From Clostridiales bacterium (GTDB lineage: Bacteria > Bacillota > Clostridia > Christensenellales > UBA1242), in contig SVHS01000003.1 in the NCBI GenBank assembly GCA_015055745.1, positions 129,390-193,389 on the forward strand: 64,000 nucleotides of DNA, read 5' to 3'. A model generated the notes under the pieces. That model had not been told where the DNA came from, searched no databases, and saw only the letters and a list, made by a program, of their open reading frames with translations. Position numbers and translations under genes: made by a program. This document shows positions 29,130-37,494 of the stretch, piece by piece (the first letter of the stretch is position 1; each line of letters starts with the position of its first letter).

Positions 29130-29160
29130 AAGAGCCGAGAATTAATTCTCGGCTCTTTTT
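29130..29160. terminator. Strong hairpin terminator downstream of the 1188-aa lipoprotein gene (bidirectional shape)
   Basis: Stem of about 12 bp, AGAGCCGAGAAT/ATTCTCGGCTCT, with T5 on the plus side and a T-rich tail on the minus side. Confidence 0.75.
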
Positions 29161-29197
29161 ATTTAATTTAATAAATTATTAATTGCCCCTTAATATA

Positions 29198-32100
29198 TTA
29201 ACCTTCGGTTATGAAAGTATATTCGTCAGTGGCTGGAATTAATTTTCCAGATTCCATCCAAGGGTATAATTTTTCTTGATTTTCAGCACTTATGAGTATA
29301 TCTTGTGTTAATTTAATGTATATTGGTTCACTAGTAGCCACATCTTTACCTTCAATTAATGCTAAAACATCTTCAATTGTAGACACTTCTTCTATAGCTG
29401 ATTCATCTATATAAGGTAATATGTTATATTCTGAATCAGTAGGTCCACGTTTTACAAATACATAGTCAGATTGCATAAATTCAGATACAATAATATTGTC
29501 CTCTACACTTTCCAATTGAATATTATCTGTTAATTGAATATAAACATTTTCACCTACTGGTGCATTTTGAATAAGTTCTATAAATGCACTTCTTGTGCCG
29601 ACTTGTGTGTAAGTAATAGGATCTTCTCCACCTTCTGAATAGATTGTAACTGTAAAACCATTTGTTATAACTGCTTCACTCATTTGATTGTAAATATTAT
29701 TACTGTCAACAGAAGTTAAAGTAATATTCTCCATAAGCTTTGGTCTCACATAATTACCGTTTTGCAAATCTTGTAAGCAAGTAATTAATGCTTCTTCAGT
29801 AGAAACTTCTCTTTCTTCAAAGTAAAGCATTACATAATATTCACCTGACAATATGCTTACAGATCCTGAACTCATAGCTTGCATATAAGTATTATTATTC
29901 ACCGTGCTTGTTAAATTAATTTGCTCAGTTAATGTTACATTAACAACATGACAACCCAAATATTGAGCATTTTCACAAATTTCCATCAATTCACTTTCTG
30001 TGCCTACCGTAGCTGATAATGTTGAATTAATAGTAACTGAGAAATCATCATCTTCATATGTAGTAATCTTATGAGTGTAATCTTGATACATTTCAGCACA
30101 ATTATATGTACATACTGAAATATTAGAAGTTAAAATTACTTTATCTAGCACTCCTCTTTCAACATTTGTAAGAGCTTCTAACAATTGTTGTTCCGTTGAA
30201 ACTTCTTGTACCAAATAAACACCATTATTATTGATTTTTATTAATCTTTCTTGAGAGATTAATGTTTGATATTCAGCATATTTTTTATCATCAGTCAAAA
30301 GAATATCTTTATCAAGCATTACTCTATAACTTTTTAATGTATTAATTGCATAATCTATACCTTCTGTGCTCATTGCTTTTACTTGATACTGCATCATAGC
30401 TTCAAATATAGGAGTATAAATAGAATATCCGTTTAATGCCTTTTGTTCTGCTAAATAAGGGATTAACTCTTCTTTGATAAACATATAGTCTTCCACATAA
30501 AGATTTTGACTATAGTTAGCTAGATCTCTTGATAATACTGGTACAACATTAAAGCCATACTCCATACCATCTATAACTGTTTCTAATTCTTCATAAGAAT
30601 GAACAAGTGATCTGATATTTAGATTTTCGCCTAAAACGCTTGTAAACATAAATTCAACATCATATTCAATACCATTCATTAACACATTTACGCCAATATA
30701 ATCTGCGTCTTGAGGTGTCTCGTTACCAATAGCTACAATTCTTGGAGTAGTAATACGATTAGAAACAATTTGTGTACTATGTAATTCAATATTAGTCACA
30801 TATTGATATGCTGATGAATTATTGTTACCAACAACCAATGTACCGCATGGAACAGCATTGCCCGTCGCCCATGTAGTAAATGTATATTGATTAAAATCAT
30901 CTTGTATTGGCTGATATTGATAATTTGGATTAGCTTTCAAATATTCGCCTGTACAAATTAATTTACTATTTTTAATAACAGTATCGCCACCACGAGCAAT
31001 CACTGCTTGTTTATCACCAGTAATCTCGCAGTTTTCAATATTCAATGAACCTGGGACGTTAATCATTACCGCAGTATTGTCAAAATCTTCTGAATTTGTT
31101 TTTAATATTGAATCTTTTAAAACAATTTCAATACCTTTATAAACAGGAACTCCGTCTACAAGTGATGCATTTGTACCTACAGCAAAACCAACGGCTTCTA
31201 TTGTAGAATTAATAACTTCTACCTTCGTTGTATCCCTTCTTGGGTATAAAGCCGTCGTATTTGAAGTGTAATGAACATTTTCCAATGTGATAGAACAACC
31301 AGTATCTATAACAATTGTAGCTGCTCCATCTTCATTTGTAAAATTCATAATACCATTTTTGAATACGATATTAATTGGTTTTTCTTTTTGCGCATGAATT
31401 TCTAATCTATCTGCAGATGTCTCACCATTGTAAGCAAGTGTATGTTTATTAAGATCAAAATTCATGTCTGTTTTTGGAGCAATTTGTTTTGTTAAAGTAA
31501 CATCTTGACCCAACTTAAAGCACTTAGCACCTTTTTCTATTAATTTTAAAAGTTCAGCTTCTGTGTGGACTGTGTAATAATAATTTTCTAAAACTTCTGC
31601 TAATTTCAAAGTAGATACAGGATTCCACGCAGTACCGTTATATTGATATATAACATTATTTGCTGTGTCTAAATACATATCGTTTGCAATATCTTCGTTA
31701 GTAGCAGTAGGAGCACCTTCGCCAGTAGACCATGTAGCGCCCCTATCTCCCTTTTCTCCACGAGCTAGTGTAGAAGTTTTTACGCCATCTAAAGCCCAAT
31801 AACCATCTTTAATAGTAATAACTGTGCCATCTTTACCCACAGCAGGCCCTTTTTCATCTCCTCCAACATACCATTTACCATCTTGAATTTTGATTTCTGG
31901 TACGACTGGCGTTTCACCATTGATATTGATTAAAAATTCCCAAGTATTTGCTGCTTTACATATATATAAATTACCAGCATCTGTACCTGTGTTGTTTAAA
32001 TACAAATCGCCTACAATAGCGCCATCTACTTCTTTCTCAATGCTAGAACCAGTACCAGTCACCAAAGATCCTGTGAGCCAGACAGATCCACGATCTCCTT

Positions 32101-32764
32101 TTACTCCCTGTGCATCTTGATTTGTAGGCACTCCGTTAATTGCCCATTTGCCACCAATAATAGATATCTGTGGAGTATAACCATCTTCACCTTCTGCTTT
32201 GATTCCTGTTGGTTCGTCATCTATATACCAATAGTCATTCTTTATTTCAACCTTTGGAGCAGCAGGTGTCTGACCATCTGTACCATTTATGTTTGTAATG
32301 TACTCCCAAGTATTTACTGCTTTGCATTTATACAAATTACCTGCATCATCGCCAGAATTGTTTAAATACAAATCTCCTACTCGTGCATCTGCAACGGTAG
32401 CAGTAATTGATGTACCTGTACCTGTCACAGCATTACCTGTAAGCCAAGCGGCACCACTTACCCCCTTCTCTCCTTTGATATTTGAAATTAAAGTCCAGCC
32501 ATCATTGGTTTTTTGATAAATATTGCAATCATCAGTGTCATAGAAAAAATCACCAATATTACCATTTTCGGTAGAATACTGTGTTCCGCTATACCAAGTC
32601 GCACCTGCTGGACCAATATCGCCTTTTTCACCAGCACAACCTGTTAACATTAATGGACTTGCAATCATCACACCAGCAACAGCTAATGCCATAGCACCTT
32701 TTCTAAAAACATTAAAAGGTACTTTACTTTTTACTTCTTTTGAAGTCTTTTTGTTCTTTGCCAT
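29198..32764 (-). CDS. Very large surface lipoprotein with collagen-like G-X-Y triplets, a pectate-lyase-like beta-helix and five tandem C-terminal modules
   Basis: 1188 aa. It has a basic N terminus, a hydrophobic segment and the lipobox LMLTGC (Cys43). Short collagen-like runs are GEKGDIGPAG, GEKGVSG, GVKGDRG and GEKGDRG. The central NxxI/V-rich repeats are typical of a right-handed beta-helix. RBS AAAAGGAG. Confidence 0.8.
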   Translation of the reverse strand: MAKNKKTSKEVKSKVPFNVFRKGAMALAVAGVMIASPLMLTGCAGEKGDIGPAGATWYSGTQYSTENGNIGDFFYDTDDCNIYQKTNDGWTLISNIKGEKGVSGAAWLTGNAVTGTGTSITATVADARVGDLYLNNSGDDAGNLYKCKAVNTWEYITNINGTDGQTPAAPKVEIKNDYWYIDDEPTGIKAEGEDGYTPQISIIGGKWAINGVPTNQDAQGVKGDRGSVWLTGSLVTGTGSSIEKEVDGAIVGDLYLNNTGTDAGNLYICKAANTWEFLININGETPVVPEIKIQDGKWYVGGDEKGPAVGKDGTVITIKDGYWALDGVKTSTLARGEKGDRGATWSTGEGAPTATNEDIANDMYLDTANNVIYQYNGTAWNPVSTLKLAEVLENYYYTVHTEAELLKLIEKGAKCFKLGQDVTLTKQIAPKTDMNFDLNKHTLAYNGETSADRLEIHAQKEKPINIVFKNGIMNFTNEDGAATIVIDTGCSITLENVHYTSNTTALYPRRDTTKVEVINSTIEAVGFAVGTNASLVDGVPVYKGIEIVLKDSILKTNSEDFDNTAVMINVPGSLNIENCEITGDKQAVIARGGDTVIKNSKLICTGEYLKANPNYQYQPIQDDFNQYTFTTWATGNAVPCGTLVVGNNNSSAYQYVTNIELHSTQIVSNRITTPRIVAIGNETPQDADYIGVNVLMNGIEYDVEFMFTSVLGENLNIRSLVHSYEELETVIDGMEYGFNVVPVLSRDLANYSQNLYVEDYMFIKEELIPYLAEQKALNGYSIYTPIFEAMMQYQVKAMSTEGIDYAINTLKSYRVMLDKDILLTDDKKYAEYQTLISQERLIKINNNGVYLVQEVSTEQQLLEALTNVERGVLDKVILTSNISVCTYNCAEMYQDYTHKITTYEDDDFSVTINSTLSATVGTESELMEICENAQYLGCHVVNVTLTEQINLTSTVNNNTYMQAMSSGSVSILSGEYYVMLYFEEREVSTEEALITCLQDLQNGNYVRPKLMENITLTSVDSNNIYNQMSEAVITNGFTVTIYSEGGEDPITYTQVGTRSAFIELIQNAPVGENVYIQLTDNIQLESVEDNIIVSEFMQSDYVFVKRGPTDSEYNILPYIDESAIEEVSTIEDVLALIEGKDVATSEPIYIKLTQDILISAENQEKLYPWMESGKLIPATDEYTFITEG

Positions 32765-32795
32765 TTAACAAATCTCCTTTTCAAATTTTTTATAT

Positions 32796-32843
32796 AAAAA
32801 GAACACTAAATTCTCACAGAGGCGATATCTGTTTTTAGTGTCC
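32796..32843 (-). promoter_or_regulatory. Terminator-like stem-loop plus U5 in the 5' leader of the lipoprotein gene
   Basis: In minus sense the sequence is GGACACTAAAAACAGATATCGCCTCTGTGAGAATTTAGTGTTC followed by TTTTT. The outer stem is 8 bp (32803-32810 with 32834-32841) and the inner stem is 5 bp (32816-32820 with 32828-32832). It lies 30 nt upstream of the RBS. Confidence 0.5.
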
Positions 32844-33197
32844 TTAATATATCATATTTAATTGCGTAAAAAAGATTGAAGGCGAAATTAGTCTTTGATT
32901 GTTTGTAAAAAATTGTTGCAAACTTTGACATCGTATGTCAATCCTTTTTACAATAATATTTGAATATATTCTATTCATTTATAGTATAGCATATTATCTC
33001 AAAATATGTATCAAATTTCATTAAAATAATCAAAAAAGAAATTAATTTTCTAAAGAAAATATGTTTTATTGTTGTGTACAATGAAAAATTTTGCATAAAA
33101 TATACAATTTATAGAAAATATTATTCGAAATTTGTACCTAAAATTGATTTCAAAAAACGAGTCTTGCAAACAACAGAACATTGGTCATAATTATATT

Positions 33198-33220
33198 AAA
33201 AAAAGCACCGATGTCGGTGC
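33198..33220 (-). terminator. Intrinsic terminator after the 57-aa ORF
   Basis: Stem GCACCGA/TCGGTGC (33205-33220) followed on the minus strand by U7. Confidence 0.8.
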
Positions 33221-33226
33221 CATTTT

Positions 33227-33400
33227 TTAATTGCAAGCTTTTGTATTGTGACAAGCAGAACTTTTTGAGTTTACCTTTGTACCACAATTTTTAGTGCTAG
33301 CTTTTGCTGATGAATTTTTTGCTGAAGTATTGCTCTCAGCCTTAGCGTTAGAGTTTGACACATTGCTAGCGTCTGTAGTTTTTTTCTTTTTACCAAACAT
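33227..33400 (-). CDS. Small hypothetical protein, 57 aa, Lys/Ser/Asn/Ala-rich with three C-terminal Cys (below the ORF-track cut-off)
   Basis: My translation is MFGKKKKTTDASNVSNSNAKAESNTSAKNSSAKASTKNCGTKVNSKSSACHNTKACN. A strong RBS AAAAAGGAG lies 7 nt upstream, the gene has its own terminator, and the upstream gene has a separate terminator. Confidence 0.6.
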   Translation of the reverse strand: MFGKKKKTTDASNVSNSNAKAESNTSAKNSSAKASTKNCGTKVNSKSSACHNTKACN

Positions 33401-33463
33401 AATAATCTCCTTTTTGTAGATTCTTCTACAGTGATATTATGTGCAATTTTTACAAATTAATAC

Positions 33464-33494
33464 ATAAAAAGACACCCATGATATAGAGTGTCTT
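33464..33494 (-). terminator. Intrinsic terminator after fakA/yloV
   Basis: Stem AAGACAC/GTGTCTT (33469-33494) with a 12-nt loop, followed on the minus strand by TTTAT. Confidence 0.55.
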
Positions 33495-33518
33495 GTTAAG
33501 TATTTACACAATATGTCG

Positions 33519-35153
33519 TTATTCCACTGAAATTATGTAATAGTATACAGGTTGTCCACCGAACACTATAGAGATATCGATATTTGGGAATCTCTCTTCA
33601 AGTTTCGCCTGCAATACCTGAGAATCTTCTTCTGTCACGCCTTCTCCATAAAATAATGTGACATTGCTAGAATCTTCAGATACAAGCTTGTCAACCAAGT
33701 CGATAGTAGTATCTGTGACACTGCTACCAGTAGTCAATACAGAGTGCTCATCAAGCCCCATAATATCGCCTACTTTAACATCAATACCGTCGACATTTGT
33801 AGTCCTTACAGCATAAGTCACTGAGCCAGAACGAACAGTAGAGATTACCTCCATCATATTCTCTTTATTCTCTTCGATAGAGCTATTTGCATCAAATGCC
33901 AATACCGCACTTACACCCTCTGGAATACTTTTGGTAGGGACAACAATCAAATTTTTATCTGTGATATCATTTGCTTGCTCTGCTGACATGATAATATTTT
34001 TATTGTTTGGGAATACGAAAATATTCTTAGCATTTACCTTATCTGCTGCAGTAGCGATATCGTTGGCGCTAGGGTTCATAGTCTGTCCACCACTGATGAC
34101 ATAGTCTACATCGATATCTTTGTAGACATTGCTTAATCCCTCACCTGCTGCTACCACGATCATGCCATATTCTTTCATAGGCACTTTTTCTTGCTGCTTT
34201 CTGAGCTGTCTATTTTGCTCTAGCATATTTTCGATCTTTACGCCGTTTAATTCACCTAATTGCAAAGCATAGCCCAATGCTCTATTTGGCTCATTGGTAT
34301 GCACATGCACTTTTACTAACTGTAAGTCTCCGATGCAAAGCACACAGTCACCTATCTCCATTAGACGAGTGCGCAGTGTGTTGATATCAGCGTCTGTAGT
34401 CTTCTCATAAATATTGATAATGAAAAACTCTGTACAGTAAGCAAACTTAATATCTGCTAAAGATTGATAATTTACATGCAATTCTTCACTAGTGATATCC
34501 TTTTCTACATTATCTACAAACTCTACTTCTGCCATTTCGCCAGTAAGTGCCTTGTAGAAACCACTAAAGATATACATCAAACCACGACCACCAGCATCTA
34601 CCACTCCTGCTTTCTTCAATACTGGTAGCATATCAGGAGTCATCTGAAGCGTACTCTCGCCGTGAGCCAACACCTCGCTCAAGAAATCTTCAAAAGATTT
34701 AGCTGTCTTTACAGCTTGTTTTGACTTTTCTGCCATAGCCTTGATGATAGTAAGTATAGTACCCTCTTTTGGCACTGTGACAGCCTTATACGCCATCTCA
34801 GCACCACTCTGTATAGCACGTGCAAAATCTTTGATCTGAATCTCGTTTTCAAAGCTCATCAACACTGAGCAAATACCCTTGATAATCTGAGAAGTGATAA
34901 CACCACTATTGCCTCGAGCACCTTTCAATGCTCCTCTATTGAACGCTACACATATAGACTCTATCGTATTTGACTCACAAGCATTCATCTCAGCTACCGC
35001 ACTCTTGAGAGTGAGGCTCATGTTTGTACCAGTATCACCATCTGGCACTGGAAATACATTTAGTGCATCTATATCTTTCTTCTTTTCCTCTACCAAAGAA
35101 AAAGCATTTGAAAACATCTTTCTTAACGCAGAACCGTTAATCGTCTTACCCAT
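33519..35153 (-). CDS. fakA: DAK2-domain fatty acid kinase subunit FakA (YloV family)
   Basis: 544 aa with an N-terminal Dak2 domain (VFPVPDGDTGTNM) and a DegV-like C-terminal half. The arrangement asp23-yloV divergent from rpmB is conserved in Firmicutes. Confidence 0.85.
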   Translation of the reverse strand: MGKTINGSALRKMFSNAFSLVEEKKKDIDALNVFPVPDGDTGTNMSLTLKSAVAEMNACESNTIESICVAFNRGALKGARGNSGVITSQIIKGICSVLMSFENEIQIKDFARAIQSGAEMAYKAVTVPKEGTILTIIKAMAEKSKQAVKTAKSFEDFLSEVLAHGESTLQMTPDMLPVLKKAGVVDAGGRGLMYIFSGFYKALTGEMAEVEFVDNVEKDITSEELHVNYQSLADIKFAYCTEFFIINIYEKTTDADINTLRTRLMEIGDCVLCIGDLQLVKVHVHTNEPNRALGYALQLGELNGVKIENMLEQNRQLRKQQEKVPMKEYGMIVVAAGEGLSNVYKDIDVDYVISGGQTMNPSANDIATAADKVNAKNIFVFPNNKNIIMSAEQANDITDKNLIVVPTKSIPEGVSAVLAFDANSSIEENKENMMEVISTVRSGSVTYAVRTTNVDGIDVKVGDIMGLDEHSVLTTGSSVTDTTIDLVDKLVSEDSSNVTLFYGEGVTEEDSQVLQAKLEERFPNIDISIVFGGQPVYYYIISVE

Positions 35154-35166
35154 AATTATTAAACTC

Positions 35167-35514
35167 CTATATCCTTACATCTACGATATGCACGATCACA
35201 TTCTTCACGATCATTCCAGCAAAACGCTCTACTGAGTATTTCACACTCTGTCTGATAGACTCAGACACAGCAGAAGCTGAAACGCCACAGTGACGCATGA
35301 TCACGTAGACATCTATCTTCATATTGTCATTACCTAGAGAGGTCACCACAACCCCTTTGTGCGCAGTAGTCAAGGCATTACCCTTGAAAAAACTCCTCTG
35401 AGAAACTAATCCTACTACTCCAACACACTCTAAAACAGAAACAGCAGCAACCTTGCTTATAGCTCGTTTGCTGATGCTAATCTTTCCAAATGAGTTGAAG
35501 GTAGATAATTCCAT
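35167..35514 (-). CDS. Asp23/Gls24 family envelope stress protein (YloU-like)
   Basis: 115 aa with the motifs ISKRAISKVAAVSVLECVGVVGL and KIDVYVI. Confidence 0.85.
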   Translation of the reverse strand: MELSTFNSFGKISISKRAISKVAAVSVLECVGVVGLVSQRSFFKGNALTTAHKGVVVTSLGNDNMKIDVYVIMRHCGVSASAVSESIRQSVKYSVERFAGMIVKNVIVHIVDVRI

Positions 35515-35717
35515 TACACTCTCCGCGTATATTATATAACATTATTTTGTTTATTGCAACCGTTTTTACTTATTTTAACGAAAATTTGTCATTATTTGTG
35601 GCACCAACGGTCTACTAGTAAAACATTTTGTATCAATTTTATAAAAATGCTTGCAATTTTGATAATATTATGCTAGTATATACTCGTTTTGAAACTAAAA
35701 TATGTGGAGGTAATCTA

Positions 35718-35903
35718 ATGAAAGCGTGCGAAATTTGCGGAAAAGGTCGTACTACAGGTAATAATGTTAGTCATAGTATGCGCCATACAAAGAGAACTTT
35801 TGATGCCAATATCCAAAAAGTGGATGTAGAAATAGACGGTAAGAAAGGTAAAAAGAACATTTGTGCTAAATGTTTGAAAACTATGAAAAAAGAAGCTAAG
35901 TAA
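35718..35903 (+). CDS. rpmB: 50S ribosomal protein L28 (Cys-containing C+ form)
   Basis: MKACEICGKGRTTGNNVSHSMRHTKRTF... with a GGAGG RBS at 35706-35710. The longer ORF-track version (35628) is an upstream in-frame extension. Confidence 0.92.
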   Translation: MKACEICGKGRTTGNNVSHSMRHTKRTFDANIQKVDVEIDGKKGKKNICAKCLKTMKKEAK

Positions 35904-35915
35904 GCTTCTTTTTTT
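35891..35915 (+). terminator. Intrinsic terminator of rpmB, with a degenerate second copy at about 35940-35965
   Basis: Stem AGAAGCT/AGCTTCT overlaps the stop codon and is followed by T7. The string AAGTAAGCTTCTTTTTTT recurs about 47 nt downstream. Confidence 0.75.
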
Positions 35916-35993
35916 GTCAGCTTTAGACGACTAAATAGAAGATATAAGTAAGCTTCTTTTTTTTGACACAAAGAAGTAATTAGTATACTTTTT

Positions 35994-36422
35994 TTATTTT
36001 GACACTCCTATTACAAAGATAAGTAATAAAATACCAAGTAATACTGCAACTAGTACAATGATGTTTAAAACCAACGCAATGATTCCAAGCGGATGTTTAT
36101 TTAACTTAACTTGTTTTATTGCAAGATTAAACGATAATATAAACATACCTATTGCATAAATACCAGTATACACTGCAGCAACAATAGCAAAAACTGATAG
36201 TATTATGAGCGAAGAAAGAAAGTTTGTGATAAAGAAATAAATCAATCCGCCAGTAATAGCTCCTAGCAATAAGAACACAAAGTAATAAACTAATGAACGT
36301 TTACCAAAAGTCTTTGTCGTTTTTGCTACTTCTGGATCATCTTTTACATTATTGTAGGCAATTCTTGCATTTACAAGAAGCTCAACAAACTTAAATAAAT
36401 TTAATACATTTTTTGATTTCAT
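35994..36422 (-). CDS. Hypothetical membrane protein (3-4 TM segments)
   Basis: 142 aa with RBS AAAAGGAG. It is the last gene of the co-oriented block that follows the 1740-aa surface protein. Confidence 0.6.
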   Translation of the reverse strand: MKSKNVLNLFKFVELLVNARIAYNNVKDDPEVAKTTKTFGKRSLVYYFVFLLLGAITGGLIYFFITNFLSSLIILSVFAIVAAVYTGIYAIGMFILSFNLAIKQVKLNKHPLGIIALVLNIIVLVAVLLGILLLIFVIGVSK

Positions 36423-36439
36423 ACATATCTCCTTTTAGC

Positions 36440-37300
36440 CTAAAAATCTACTTCAGAAGAACCAAAAGTATTATCGGTTCTATTTCTACGTGATCTTGTT
36501 CTTTCTAATGCACGATTATGTTTAATAAAATCTTGTTGTTGCTCTTCTGGCAATTGTTCGAATAGCTTCTTTTCTTTATTTCTCTGAACTAATAGCAATG
36601 CGAACACAACTCCCACAATGGCAATTAGTCCCACCATTACTACTACTACAATAGCAATATTGCCTGCTGTCATATTTTTAGCATTAGGCACTAATAGAAC
36701 TAAGCCTATAACTAAAATCAGAACCATAATTGTACCAAGAGCAAGCAACATATTTCTAATTTCATAACCTTTTGCCATCTCTTGCATACTAATTTTGGAC
36801 AAGCAAAATAACTTTCTAGTTAGCAATATAAAATATACCACTATACTTATTATTGCCACTGAAAATAATATAATCAAAATCCACAATATGAAAGGTGCAA
36901 GCGATGAAAACATTACAAATAAACCTAAAAAATCCCATTGATGAATTGTAAACAAACCATTTAATGACAATGCAGAGCTAATCATTGGCAATATTATACC
37001 TACTGTCATCATATATGCACCGTAGCATACAAAACCAAGCAAAATTAAACTAATAATACCAAACACAAGAAATAGAGGTCTTGGTTTGTCTTGTTTTGTT
37101 ACCGGATACTGCAAATACGGAACATCAATCGCCCAATACTTACCCTTTTCTCTCAACCTTTGGACATTTTTGTAAGAATATTCTGAATAACTCGCCTTTT
37201 CTACTTCATCTGTCTTGATTTCTTGTTCTTGATCCTCCTGTGAGAATTCTTCTTTAAGTTTTTTCTCCAACTTATTCATTCCCCATTCAAATAAACCCAT
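36440..37300 (-). CDS. Hypothetical polytopic membrane protein with an acidic N-terminal and a basic C-terminal cytoplasmic tail
   Basis: The start is set at MGLFEWG (ATG 37300) with an AAGGAG RBS. It has about 6 TM segments and I recognise no family. Confidence 0.6.
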   Translation of the reverse strand: MGLFEWGMNKLEKKLKEEFSQEDQEQEIKTDEVEKASYSEYSYKNVQRLREKGKYWAIDVPYLQYPVTKQDKPRPLFLVFGIISLILLGFVCYGAYMMTVGIILPMISSALSLNGLFTIHQWDFLGLFVMFSSLAPFILWILIILFSVAIISIVVYFILLTRKLFCLSKISMQEMAKGYEIRNMLLALGTIMVLILVIGLVLLVPNAKNMTAGNIAIVVVVMVGLIAIVGVVFALLLVQRNKEKKLFEQLPEEQQQDFIKHNRALERTRSRRNRTDNTFGSSEVDF

Positions 37301-37494
37301 TATTTTCTCCTTGTGTATATATAATAGCACAATATATTGATAAAAATCAATTTTTTTAACTATAATTTCAACATTTCATGTTTAATTTCATAGATTATAA
37401 TATGAAAATATATTGTTGGAAAGCACCTAAGATACTTAGCACTATCATTAAGCTACTTTTTAAGAAGAGCATTACTTACATTGGCAAATAGTAC

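Noticed and set aside
29198-32764. The collagen-like lipoprotein as a prophage tail fibre, with the region as a prophage remnant.
   Set aside because: The flanking 10 kb contain no capsid, portal, terminase, integrase, holin or lysin genes. A lipobox signal peptide argues for a cellular surface protein.
32952-33126. A possible invertible promoter (inverton). The 10-bp inverted repeat AATAATATTT / AAATATTATT flanks about 155 bp containing the TGcTATACT promoter upstream of the surface lipoprotein gene.
   Set aside because: A 10-bp all-A/T inverted repeat is expected by chance in this composition. No recombinase is nearby. Read-pair evidence for both orientations would be needed.
33227-33400. 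The 57-aa Cys-containing peptide as a RiPP (SCIFF or ranthipeptide-like) precursor.
   Set aside because: It has only three Cys and lacks the SCIFF consensus. No radical-SAM maturase, protease or exporter is in the neighbourhood. I kept it only as a side remark in the finding.
35628-35717. A longer 91-aa version of the rpmB ORF starting at 35628.
   Set aside because: The extension overlaps the rpmB promoter (TTGCAA-17-TGcTAGTAT) and has no RBS. The ATG at 35718 follows GGAGG and gives a canonical 61-aa L28.
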